IMG/VR virus record: IMGVR_UViG_3300025934_000001
Location: 45,417-109,416 of that record
From: a virus
Lineage: Duplodnaviria > Caudoviricetes
Strand: one strand, 5' to 3'
DNA length: 64,000 nucleotides
How positions within the stretch are numbered: the stretch's first letter is position 1; each line of letters starts with the position of its first letter. This document shows positions 25,290 through 32,812 of the stretch, piece by piece. The notes under the pieces are model-generated. The model made no database searches, was not told where the DNA came from, and saw only the letters and a program-made list of their open reading frames with translations. The translations under genes and the position numbers were made by a program.

Positions 25290-25624
25290 TGGTTCCAGCA
25301 CTCGGGATCGGCACACGGCGGGCCGCCATGATTGCCGTCACACTTGTCTTGCGCCGCCTTGGGCGCGAGGGCGCGTTCGCAGCGGTCAGCTACCTCTTCC
25401 GCAAGGTCTGGTGCACCGTTGCCATACTGATAGCTGCGCAGTGCGTGGATAGCCGCTTGCAGCGCCGCCGCTACCTCTCCCTGCGCGGCCTCGGCGGGAG
25501 CGGCGTCGTACATGGCACGCCACATATGTGCAATAGGGTCTCCTCCTACATAAGTCGCAGTTGCCCCAGCCTTCTGCATTTCCGCTGTCGGCTCGCGCGG
25601 GCATAGCTTCGTGGGCGCGCTCAT
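25286..25624 (-). CDS. Hypothetical protein containing the repeat (ends ...ECWNQ)
   Basis: ATGA coupling at both ends; second copy ends ...ECWLK at 63880. Confidence 0.65.
   Translation of the reverse strand: MSAPTKLCPREPTAEMQKAGATATYVGGDPIAHMWRAMYDAAPAEAAQGEVAAALQAAIHALRSYQYGNGAPDLAEEVADRCERALAPKAAQDKCDGNHGGPPCADPECWNQ
25295..25406 (+). repeat. Direct repeat, copy 1 (at least 112 bp, exact)
   Basis: CCAGCACTCGGG...TTCCGCAAGG is identical to 63889-64000. Confidence 0.95.
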
Positions 25625-25863
25625 TTCGTCACCCTTACGGCTTTTTTCGCCACCACGCAGACCAGCGTGCGCGACTCGTACCACTCGCGCCCGGCGACCG
25701 ACTCCATCAGGGCGCCGCGGGCGTCCAGTTCACTCTGGTACAGCCACACCGCTACGGTGGCGGTGTCGGCGTCGAGGACGCGAGCGCGGGCGTTGGTCAG
25801 CGCCGCGGTCTTGGTCACGAACGCCTGCCGCACCAGCTTGTTGCCGACGGCGTGTTCCGTCAC
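25621..25863 (-). CDS. Hypothetical early protein
   Basis: AAGGA SD, GTG start. Confidence 0.5.
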   Translation of the reverse strand: MTEHAVGNKLVRQAFVTKTAALTNARARVLDADTATVAVWLYQSELDARGALMESVAGREWYESRTLVCVVAKKAVRVTK

Positions 25864-25931
25864 GTGCAGTTGAGTTCCTTGTGCCACTTTAAAGCTCCGG
25901 TAGTGGGGCCGCTCGCGCGGCCCGGTGGGGG

Positions 25932-26585
25932 TCAGATGGTCTCGACAACCTTCTTCTTCTCGCGCTCGGTCTGCAGCATCATCTCCTGCTCGCAGGAACC
26001 GCAGACCGGCCAGCCGTGCTCCTCGATCTTCTTCGCCGTCATGTAGCTGACGTTGCCGCAGCCGCACTCCAGCTTGTGCAGGCCGTGGCTGGCATTGCGC
26101 TTCTTCGCCACCAGCGCCACCTTGCCGTGCGGGTAGGCGCCAAGCTTGGCGAGGATCGCCGCCATCAGGGCGTGAGCGTCGGCGCGCTCGACCTTGGAGT
26201 GCTTGCCGCCCGTGTAGCCGACGGTCTTGCTGGCCTTGGTGAAGGCGGCGCCGTGACCGGACTTGCAGTCATCGACGGCGTGCAGCAGTTCATGCCCGAG
26301 CACGTCCAGCACTTCCAGCGGCTGGTCGAGCACCGGGGAGATCATCACCTCGTTGACGCCCGCGGCGCTGCGCGCACGGGGCCAGCACTCGCCGATGCGG
26401 CGCCGGGGCGAGCCGCCGCCGGGGAAGCCGCAGGCCATCTTGACGTCGGCCGGGACCACCACGCCGAGCTTGAGCCACGCCGCGCGGATGATGATGGTCG
26501 CCTGCGTCAGCCACTGCTCGCGGTGGAGCACCAGCTTCGGGTCGATCATGCCGCACAGGATTGCTTGCTTTTTCATTTGGGTCAC
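25932..26585 (-). CDS. SprT-like zinc metalloprotease with C-terminal Zn ribbon
   Basis: 'RIGECW', HELLH..., 'GHG..F', C.CG...CGSC. Confidence 0.75.
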   Translation of the reverse strand: MTQMKKQAILCGMIDPKLVLHREQWLTQATIIIRAAWLKLGVVVPADVKMACGFPGGGSPRRRIGECWPRARSAAGVNEVMISPVLDQPLEVLDVLGHELLHAVDDCKSGHGAAFTKASKTVGYTGGKHSKVERADAHALMAAILAKLGAYPHGKVALVAKKRNASHGLHKLECGCGNVSYMTAKKIEEHGWPVCGSCEQEMMLQTEREKKKVVETI

Positions 26586-26651
26586 TTTAGGTCAGTTTAG
26601 GGTAGGTGCAGGCGCCGGGTGTAATGTAGCAGGCGCCTGTACCTTTAGTAA

Positions 26652-26667
26652 AGCGAGAAGCGTGCCA
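26652..26667 (-). promoter_or_regulatory. sigma54-type promoter
   Basis: TGGCACGCTTCTCGCT (GG-N10-GC). Confidence 0.75.
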
Positions 26668-26672
26668 ACGCT

Positions 26673-26897
26673 TTAAAGGCGTTGGCTACAATCGGCAGCA
26701 TCGGCCGCCGCATCGTCAGCTTCAGCCCATGAGGGGCCGTAGTCGGCGTCCTCAAAGGAGTAGCTACAGGGCAGGGGCGGCAGTGGGAGCGGCTGCGGGC
26801 GCTGCGAGTGGAGCAGCAGGATCACGATGATGGTCAGCAGCCCCACCACGGGGCCGCCGAGCCAGAACGCCACGGCGATGCAGAGGGCGTCGATCAT
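26673..26897 (-). CDS. Small membrane protein
   Basis: ATGA coupling; hydrophobic N-terminus. Confidence 0.5.
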   Translation of the reverse strand: MIDALCIAVAFWLGGPVVGLLTIIVILLLHSQRPQPLPLPPLPCSYSFEDADYGPSWAEADDAAADAADCSQRL

Positions 26898-27556
26898 TGA
26901 AATTTCCCGGCGCATACGGGGCCAATCCCCGCCTCGATCGAGGCCGGGTCCGTCAGGTCACGGCCGCAGGAGCAGCAGCGGCCCGAGAGCTTGCCGTGCT
27001 TCACGGCGGCCGCCAGCGGGTCCAGTTCGAACTCGGCCAGCAGGGCCACGATGGCATCCTTGTCGGCGCCGGCCTTGCCGTTCCAGACGAAGGCCTGCGC
27101 GTTGTCGAGCTTGCCGACGAGGCGATCGCTCCACACCAGCCAGCACATGCTGTCCTGATTCTTGCGGGAGATCTTGAGCGAGCCCGCGTGCAGGGTGGCG
27201 TGCTTCTGCATCACCTCGAACAGCTTCGGCACCGGGGTGCCGGCGGCGTAGGCGGGCTTCGCCGGGGCCGCCGGGGTGCCCGGCAGGGTTACCTGCGGCA
27301 GCGGCTTGCGCGGCAGCGACCACTCCACCAGCTTGCCGGCGAAGTCGCGCTGCTTGGCGCTGGCGTAGCCGCCGTTGTCCACCCGGCCAGCGATGTCGCG
27401 GCAGATGGCGCCCTTGCCCATGGCGAAGGCGTCGCGGCGGGCGTCGAAGCGCACCGCGGCGTCGCGCAGTTCGACCGCGCTCGGGCGCTCGCCGGCAACG
27501 ACGGCCAGCGCGGGGGTGATCGAGGGGGCGACGGCGACGGCGTTTTTCCAGTCCAT
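26894..27556 (-). CDS. DUF6011-like Zn-finger protein
   Basis: C-terminal 'GRCCSCGRDLTDPASIEAGIGPVC'; SD GAAGGA. Confidence 0.75.
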   Translation of the reverse strand: MDWKNAVAVAPSITPALAVVAGERPSAVELRDAAVRFDARRDAFAMGKGAICRDIAGRVDNGGYASAKQRDFAGKLVEWSLPRKPLPQVTLPGTPAAPAKPAYAAGTPVPKLFEVMQKHATLHAGSLKISRKNQDSMCWLVWSDRLVGKLDNAQAFVWNGKAGADKDAIVALLAEFELDPLAAAVKHGKLSGRCCSCGRDLTDPASIEAGIGPVCAGKFQ

Positions 27557-27603
27557 GTTCATTCCTTCGTAGTGGGGGTGTAGGGGATGCCTACAACTAC
27601 TAA

Positions 27604-27619
27604 AGCACTTACCGTGCCA
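27604..27619 (-). promoter_or_regulatory. sigma54-type promoter
   Basis: TGGCACGGTAAGTGCT. Confidence 0.75.
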
Positions 27620-27833
27620 GCTTCTGCAGGTACTGCCACTCGCCCACCCACTCCGCGACGGTGAACGTCGTGAGGTGGTTGACGTAGACCGACGACGCCG
27701 GCCACGTGAGGGCGCCGCCGCCGACGAAGTAGAAGTAGCCATTGCCGCGGACTAGCTCCTGCTCGCCGCCCGCGGCCTTGATGGCCGCGTTGACGTTGTT
27801 CAGGGTGACGCGGGGGAGGGTGATCTTTGCCAT
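27609..27833 (-). CDS. Hypothetical early protein
   Basis: GGAG SD; typical codons. Confidence 0.6.
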   Translation of the reverse strand: MAKITLPRVTLNNVNAAIKAAGGEQELVRGNGYFYFVGGGALTWPASSVYVNHLTTFTVAEWVGEWQYLQKLAR

Positions 27834-27899
27834 GCTCGATGCTCCAGTTGAAAGGCAGTTGTTGGAGCCTGCTTTAAAGGCAGGCTCGGGCAACGGTCT

Positions 27900-28268
27900 T
27901 TAGCCCTCGGCGCGCTCCAGCGCCAGATCCTCGTCCTGCCCGTAGGCGACGTAGGCGTCCGAGCCGTACACGGCACGCCCGGCAGCCCAGCGATCGAACG
28001 CCACCGGGAGCTTGCCGCCCGCGACGCGCGCGGTCAGGGCCACGGCCAGCTTGATGGCCTTGGCTTCGGTGGGGCTATCAACGCCGTAACGCTCGGTGCC
28101 GACGAAGAACTGGCGGGTATCACCGAACGAGTTGGCGGCCACCACGAAGAAGGCGACGCCGAACTGCTCGCCGCGGGGGTTGCTCATGTCGGCGTTCTCG
28201 GGGTTGTAGCCGATGCCGACGACGTCCGAGGCGACGTAGAAGTAGGTGTTGGCGGCGGTGAAGTTCAT
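27900..28268 (-). CDS. Hypothetical early protein
   Basis: AAGGA SD; follows a promoter cassette. Confidence 0.7.
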   Translation of the reverse strand: MNFTAANTYFYVASDVVGIGYNPENADMSNPRGEQFGVAFFVVAANSFGDTRQFFVGTERYGVDSPTEAKAIKLAVALTARVAGGKLPVAFDRWAAGRAVYGSDAYVAYGQDEDLALERAEG

Positions 28269-28314
28269 GTTCGTTCCTTGTAGTGGGGGTGTAGGGGTTA
28301 CCTACAAGTACTAA

Positions 28315-28330
28315 AGCGAGAAGCGTGCCA
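28315..28330 (-). promoter_or_regulatory. sigma54-type promoter
   Basis: TGGCACGCTTCTCGCT, identical to the site at 26652. Confidence 0.75.
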
Positions 28331-28332
28331 AC

Positions 28333-28521
28333 CTACTCGATGATGCCGCCGATGTTGGCCGGGGCCACCCGCACCGGCCGCGGGAGCTTGTCCAGCTTGA
28401 CCATCAGGTGCTTGCGGCCGATCGCCGCGACGGCGCCGAAGCGGGCGCCGCGCATCCACAGGTCCGTCGCCGGGTGCAGTTCCACCCGGTTGCCTACTTG
28501 GAAGTTGCGCAGTTCGAACAT
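28333..28521 (-). CDS. Small SH3/KOW-like hypothetical protein
   Basis: GAGGAG SD; 'FQVGNRVELHP..G.V..IG..L.VKLD'. Confidence 0.6.
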   Translation of the reverse strand: MFELRNFQVGNRVELHPATDLWMRGARFGAVAAIGRKHLMVKLDKLPRPVRVAPANIGGIIE

Positions 28522-28595
28522 CTTGTACTCCTCAGTTGACGGCATCACCTACACTGTAGGTGACGCCTTACGTCACATTGTGCCGCCGTAAAGCG

Positions 28596-29273
28596 TCACT
28601 TCTCGATGGCCGCCTGCCGGATGCGCTGCACCGGGTAGGCAAGTTCCTTGCCGCTGTCGTTCAGGTAGACCACGTGCGGCACCACGTTGCCGTTCAGGTG
28701 GGGGCCGCAGCCGCGGGCCATCCGGCTCTCGACGCGCAGGGCCACGCGCTCGGCGCCGAACAGCTTGAAGCGGGTGCCGGGGCCGATCACCTTGCGCGGC
28801 GCCTCGGCCACGCGGGCCACCAGCGCCTGCTTGCCCGTGATCTTGTCGGCGCGGGCAGTGATCGCGGCGCTGACGCGGGCGCATTCCTTGGCCTCGCTTT
28901 CGAGCGCGTGCTGCAGCGTCCGCACGGCGGCCTGCTGGTGCTCGGCCGGGGCGTCGGCGTAGTCCACCATCTCCCACACCGACTTGCCCATCACGCGTTC
29001 CATCTTGCCCGAGCGCGCCCGGCGCGGCAGCATCTCACCGCGCTCGACCGCCACTGCATCGGCGGCGCAGCTACGCGACCGCACCATGAGGCCGTGGGCG
29101 ACCTTGTCGGCCTGCTCGCGGTCCTGCTCCAGCGGCAGGAACGCCGCGCCGGGGCAGACGCCGCGGAAGTAGTGGAACTGGACGTCATAGCCGTGCTTGG
29201 ACAGCTTGCCCTCGGGCAGCGCCTGCAGCTTGCCGCAGACCTGACAGGTGCCGTTGTGAGTTGCCTTGATCAT
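28596..29273 (-). CDS. Hypothetical early protein with Zn-binding N-terminus
   Basis: AGGAG SD; 'GTCQVCG..HGY..GVCPG'. Confidence 0.7.
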   Translation of the reverse strand: MIKATHNGTCQVCGKLQALPEGKLSKHGYDVQFHYFRGVCPGAAFLPLEQDREQADKVAHGLMVRSRSCAADAVAVERGEMLPRRARSGKMERVMGKSVWEMVDYADAPAEHQQAAVRTLQHALESEAKECARVSAAITARADKITGKQALVARVAEAPRKVIGPGTRFKLFGAERVALRVESRMARGCGPHLNGNVVPHVVYLNDSGKELAYPVQRIRQAAIEK

Positions 29274-29316
29274 GGTGCTGACTCCTAATAGATATGGGGG
29301 GATGCACTGCTACATA

Positions 29317-29332
29317 TGCAATGACCATGCCA
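29317..29332 (-). promoter_or_regulatory. sigma54-type promoter (leftward of a divergent pair)
   Basis: TGGCATGGTCATTGCA. Confidence 0.75.
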
Positions 29333-29338
29333 GCCATT

Positions 29339-29354
29339 GCCTACATATGTAGGC
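29339..29354. promoter_or_regulatory. Perfect 16-bp palindrome (operator-like) between the divergent promoters
   Basis: GCCTACATATGTAGGC. Confidence 0.6.
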
Positions 29355-29360
29355 GTTAGC

Positions 29361-29376
29361 TGGCACGGTGCTTGCA
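29361..29376 (+). promoter_or_regulatory. sigma54-type promoter (rightward)
   Basis: TGGCACGGTGCTTGCA, matches consensus TGGCAC-N5-TTGCW. Confidence 0.85.
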
Positions 29377-29415
29377 TGTATGTCTGGACCTCCACCGCAT
29401 CTATTAGGACCGAAC

Positions 29416-29631
29416 ATGAAATTTCACCGTACCTCGCAAAGCTGGGCTGTTGGCGAAACCGTCAAGGTTGGCTTCCTGACCCTGCGCGTGCTCGCCAAGG
29501 TCGCCACGCCGGGCAACTACCTGCCCGACCAGTACGCCCTGACCAACAAGGATGGCAGCCGCTTCTATCGCTTCATCCCGCACAACGGCCTGACGCGCGT
29601 CGAGAACCTCCAGCAAGCGATGGAGTGGTAA
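29416..29631 (+). CDS. Hypothetical early protein
   Basis: AGGA SD; 'W.VGETVKVGFLTLRV..PD.Y.L..Y.F.PHNGL'. Confidence 0.7.
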   Translation: MKFHRTSQSWAVGETVKVGFLTLRVLAKVATPGNYLPDQYALTNKDGSRFYRFIPHNGLTRVENLQQAMEW

Positions 29632-29634
29632 CGC

Positions 29635-29650
29635 TGGCACGGGCCTTGCA
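29635..29650 (+). promoter_or_regulatory. sigma54-type promoter
   Basis: TGGCACGGGCCTTGCA, consensus match. Confidence 0.85.
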
Positions 29651-29690
29651 TTGTAGTCTGTACCTACCACCCCACCTATCAGGACCGAAC

Positions 29691-29915
29691 ATGAACCAAG
29701 CTCACCTCACCAACGCGCCGGCCGGCGGCAAGCTCGTCGCGTGGCACACCTCCCTCGACCTCGCGGCCTACGTGATGGCCGACAAGTCCGAGGTGCTGAT
29801 GATCAACGGCAAGCAGCACGCCTCGTTCGATCACCCGTCGCAGTACGTGATCTTCGTCTGCCGCATGACCCCCAAGGCCGCCGCCAAGTGGCTGGCGCCG
29901 TTCAACGTCAAGTAA
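29691..29915 (+). CDS. Hypothetical early protein
   Basis: Same AGGACCGAACATG leader as 29416. Confidence 0.65.
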   Translation: MNQAHLTNAPAGGKLVAWHTSLDLAAYVMADKSEVLMINGKQHASFDHPSQYVIFVCRMTPKAAAKWLAPFNVK

Positions 29916-29925
29916 GGAGCACTCC

Positions 29926-30135
29926 ATGAAGACCCCCATGCACGTCGAGTTCGGGCGCATGCCCGTGGCCCTGATCAACGGCGTGTTCGCCGTCTACGTG
30001 GTGCGGGGCGACAGCATCATCGCGTCCCGCACCGGCATCGACAGCGCCGCCCGCTGCGCCGAGTTGGCCCAGCAGTACGCCGACAACTACGGCGCCCCGC
30101 TCCGGCCCGAGGCGCGCTTCCTCGATCCGCTGTAA
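29926..30135 (+). CDS. Hypothetical early protein
   Basis: TAAGGAG SD. Confidence 0.65.
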   Translation: MKTPMHVEFGRMPVALINGVFAVYVVRGDSIIASRTGIDSAARCAELAQQYADNYGAPLRPEARFLDPL

Positions 30136-30259
30136 TTCTGCCCGAGCGGGCGCCTACAGTGTAGGGGCTGGCTTTAAAGCCCCCCGCTTGCGCCACCCGG
30201 CCGGCGGGGTTTACCATCCGCCCTCACCTATTCACTGACCTAGATTGGAGTACCGGAAA

Positions 30260-31396
30260 ATGGCACTACATGCCGCATTCTCGCCCTCGGCGTCCAGCCG
30301 CTGGATCGCCTGCCCGGCATCGCATCTGCGCGCCGCGGCCCTCCCGCCTGCCCCTAGCTCCAGCTCCAGCTACGCCGAGCGCGGCACCCTGCTGCACGAA
30401 CTGGCTGCCTATGCCCTCGTCAACACACTGGCGACGATGGATGTCTACGCGGCGGCGCTGCCGGGCGTGAAGCTGGAGCCCGACGAGCGCGCGGCCATCG
30501 CCACCTATGTCAAGTTCTGCCGCGATTTGCGCAAGGGTGCGACGGCGTGGGGGATCGAGACGCGCGTGGCCTACGATGCCGAACTGTTCGGCACCATCGA
30601 CTTCTGGGCCGTCAAGCACGGCACCCTGCACGTGGTGGACCTGAAGGGCGGCCGCGGCATCAAGGTGGACGTCATCGACAACACCCAGTTGCTGATTTAC
30701 GCGATCATGCTGTCCAACCAGATTGCGATCGATAGGAAATCGGTCGCGGCCACCATCGACCACGTGGAACTGCACATCGTGCAGCCGCTGTTCGAAGGCG
30801 ATGCGCCGATCCGTGGCGCCACCTACACCATGGCGCAGCTTGGCCTCTGGCGCGGCAAGATCTTCGATGCCATGGTGGCCGCCAAGAATCCCGCCGCCGC
30901 CTTCAACCCCGGCGAGCACTGCCGCTTCTGCCCAGTGAAGCCGGCCTGCCCGGCCCTGCTCGGGCTGGTGCAGCAGATGCCGTCGCCGCCGGTCTTCAAC
31001 GGCCTCTCGGTGGAGAAGATCTCCGAGTGGCTGGCGAAGGCCGACACCATCGAGATGTGGATCGCGGCCCTGCGCGAGCATGCCCACGGCACCATCAACT
31101 GCGGCACACCCATCCCCGGCTGGCGCCTGCAGGACAAGCGCGCGACGCGCAAGTGGACCGACGAGCGCGCCGTGCAATCCGAAGCCAAGGGCGCCGGCAT
31201 CGTCGTCACCGCCCGCAAGCTCATGTCGCCGACGCAGGTCGAGAAGAAGTTCCGCGGCATCCCGGTGGTGCTGCAGCCGTTCGTGGATCAAACGCCCTCG
31301 GGCCAGAATCTGGTGCGCGACGAGTCCTACGTCGCCACCGATACCGAGCAGCCCGCGCTGGACAAGGCGCTGCTCAACCTGCAGTACCGTGTGTAA
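30260..31396 (+). CDS. DUF2800/Cas4-like PD-(D/E)xK exonuclease
   Basis: 'HAAFSPSASSRWIACP', 'GT.LH', 'FGTID..VVDLK.G', 'QL.IYA', 'HCRFCP...CP'. Confidence 0.85.
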   Translation: MALHAAFSPSASSRWIACPASHLRAAALPPAPSSSSSYAERGTLLHELAAYALVNTLATMDVYAAALPGVKLEPDERAAIATYVKFCRDLRKGATAWGIETRVAYDAELFGTIDFWAVKHGTLHVVDLKGGRGIKVDVIDNTQLLIYAIMLSNQIAIDRKSVAATIDHVELHIVQPLFEGDAPIRGATYTMAQLGLWRGKIFDAMVAAKNPAAAFNPGEHCRFCPVKPACPALLGLVQQMPSPPVFNGLSVEKISEWLAKADTIEMWIAALREHAHGTINCGTPIPGWRLQDKRATRKWTDERAVQSEAKGAGIVVTARKLMSPTQVEKKFRGIPVVLQPFVDQTPSGQNLVRDESYVATDTEQPALDKALLNLQYRV

Positions 31397-31432
31397 CCTG
31401 ACCTAACCTAGACTTTAAAGGAGACACCTACC

Positions 31433-32110
31433 ATGAGTGCATTAGTACCGTTTGGCGGCAATGGTGCCGTGGCTGACCCGACCAAGCTCGCGGCCGCGCT
31501 GCAGAACGTTTCGCGGCAGGCTGCCCCGCAGGGCATGTTCCTGCGCATGGGCAAGGATGGCGTGTGGGTCATCGGGATCGAGGCCGAGCCCGTGGCCGAG
31601 GGCGCCGAGTTCGCCATCAACCCGGCCGGCTTCGGCCATGGCTGGATTGCGTGGGGCAAGTCCGAGCGCCTCGGCGAGTCCTTCGTGCCGCTGACCGATC
31701 CGCTGCCGGCGACGCCGGCCACGCCCGAGGGCGCGGTGCGCGGCTGGGAGCAGCAGTTCGGCATGCATCTGCGCGAAGTCGGCACGGGTGCGGACCTGAT
31801 CTTCCGCACCAGCAGCGTTGGCGGCAAGCGCGCGATCGGCGCGCTGGCGAAGGAAGTCGGTGCCCGCATGGCCGAGGGCGACGCGCGCAGCGTGGCGATC
31901 GTCACCCTCGGTGCCGACTCCTACAAGCACAAGGAGTACGGCAAGATCTACGTGCCCGAGTTCGCCATCGAGCGGTGGGTCACGCCGGCCGACATCACGG
32001 CCGACGTGCAGCCCGTGAAGGGCAAGGGAACGCCTACACCGCCGCCTACGGGCATCAAGAAGGCGGCCAAAGCCAAGGGCAAGCCGGCCACCAAACCGGC
32101 GCGCCGTTAA
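31433..32110 (+). CDS. Putative ssDNA-binding protein
   Basis: Lies between the nuclease and the polymerase; 'DSYKHKEYGKIYVPEF..ERW'. Confidence 0.6.
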   Translation: MSALVPFGGNGAVADPTKLAAALQNVSRQAAPQGMFLRMGKDGVWVIGIEAEPVAEGAEFAINPAGFGHGWIAWGKSERLGESFVPLTDPLPATPATPEGAVRGWEQQFGMHLREVGTGADLIFRTSSVGGKRAIGALAKEVGARMAEGDARSVAIVTLGADSYKHKEYGKIYVPEFAIERWVTPADITADVQPVKGKGTPTPPPTGIKKAAKAKGKPATKPARR

Positions 32111-32122
32111 AAAGGAGCAGCC

Positions 32123-32695
32123 ATGAGCAAAGCATATAAGCCTGCGGGTATACGGGTGAAGATAGTGGTCACCAAGGAAGCCATCGACCTAGCCATACCA
32201 AGGGACTCCACGCATTGCATGATCGCGGACAGCGTCAGGAGCAGCTATCCGGCAGCGTCACGGGTGTCGGTGGATCTCGCCACCATTCGCTTCAGCGACT
32301 CCGCCAAGGGGCTGCGCTATACCTTCCTCACCCCGCGTACCGCTCAGGTCGCCTTGGTGAACTACGATCGCGGGATTAAGCCCACCCCGTTTGATTTCGA
32401 GCTACGGGGTCCGCACATCACTCGGGCCGGAAGCCGCCACACACCTCGCGCCACGCTCACGGAAGCGCAGAAAAAGGGGTATGAAAAGCGCGGCACAAAG
32501 GGAGTGGAGAAGGCCCGTGACGTACTCCGTAAAACGGGCTTAAGGGCAAGCAACAAAGGCCCGCTGCAGTTCAACGACAAGATTCCTGATCGCGTGGGCG
32601 GCCAGACCCCGCCCCTGCAGCAAAGCAAGACCAGCAAGGGCAACATACCGTTCACGCGGCGCCGCGCCTACGGCCTGCGTGCCCTCGATATGTAG
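32123..32695 (+). CDS. Hypothetical basic protein with atypical codon usage
   Basis: AAGGAG SD; many A/T-ending codons. Confidence 0.65.
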   Translation: MSKAYKPAGIRVKIVVTKEAIDLAIPRDSTHCMIADSVRSSYPAASRVSVDLATIRFSDSAKGLRYTFLTPRTAQVALVNYDRGIKPTPFDFELRGPHITRAGSRHTPRATLTEAQKKGYEKRGTKGVEKARDVLRKTGLRASNKGPLQFNDKIPDRVGGQTPPLQQSKTSKGNIPFTRRRAYGLRALDM

Positions 32696-32714
32696 CCATT
32701 GGCAGCACTCCTGT

Positions 32715-32750
32715 GCCCGCGCCGGCTGAGTTGGCGCGGGCCTTTTTTCT
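32715..32750 (+). terminator. Intrinsic terminator
   Basis: GCCCGCGCC...GGCGCGGGC stem + TTTTTT. Confidence 0.8.
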
Positions 32751-32812
32751 GGCGCACAATTCGAACGCTTTTGACGCAATTCTGCGTCGGCCCTTGACGG
32801 CCTCCATCAACC

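Larger units (their letters stand above)
1..25294. mobile_element. Phage segment A (partial): virion genes, giant DarB-like protein and accessory genes
   Basis: Contiguous + strand virion-type ORFs, then convergent small - strand genes; no host housekeeping genes; no CTTTAAAG motif seen. Confidence 0.8.

Noticed and set aside
25295-25406. Direct repeat as a classical attL/attR
   Set aside because: It lies inside a phage CDS, is at least 112 bp long, and has no tRNA or integrase nearby
26604-28332. Repeated intergenic motifs as a CRISPR array or integron attC cassette array
   Set aside because: Repeats are short, degenerate and match promoter geometry; no integrase and no attC structure
30260-31396. 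Cas4-like nuclease as evidence of CRISPR-Cas
   Set aside because: No repeat-spacer array or other cas genes; standard phage nuclease-SSB-PolA context
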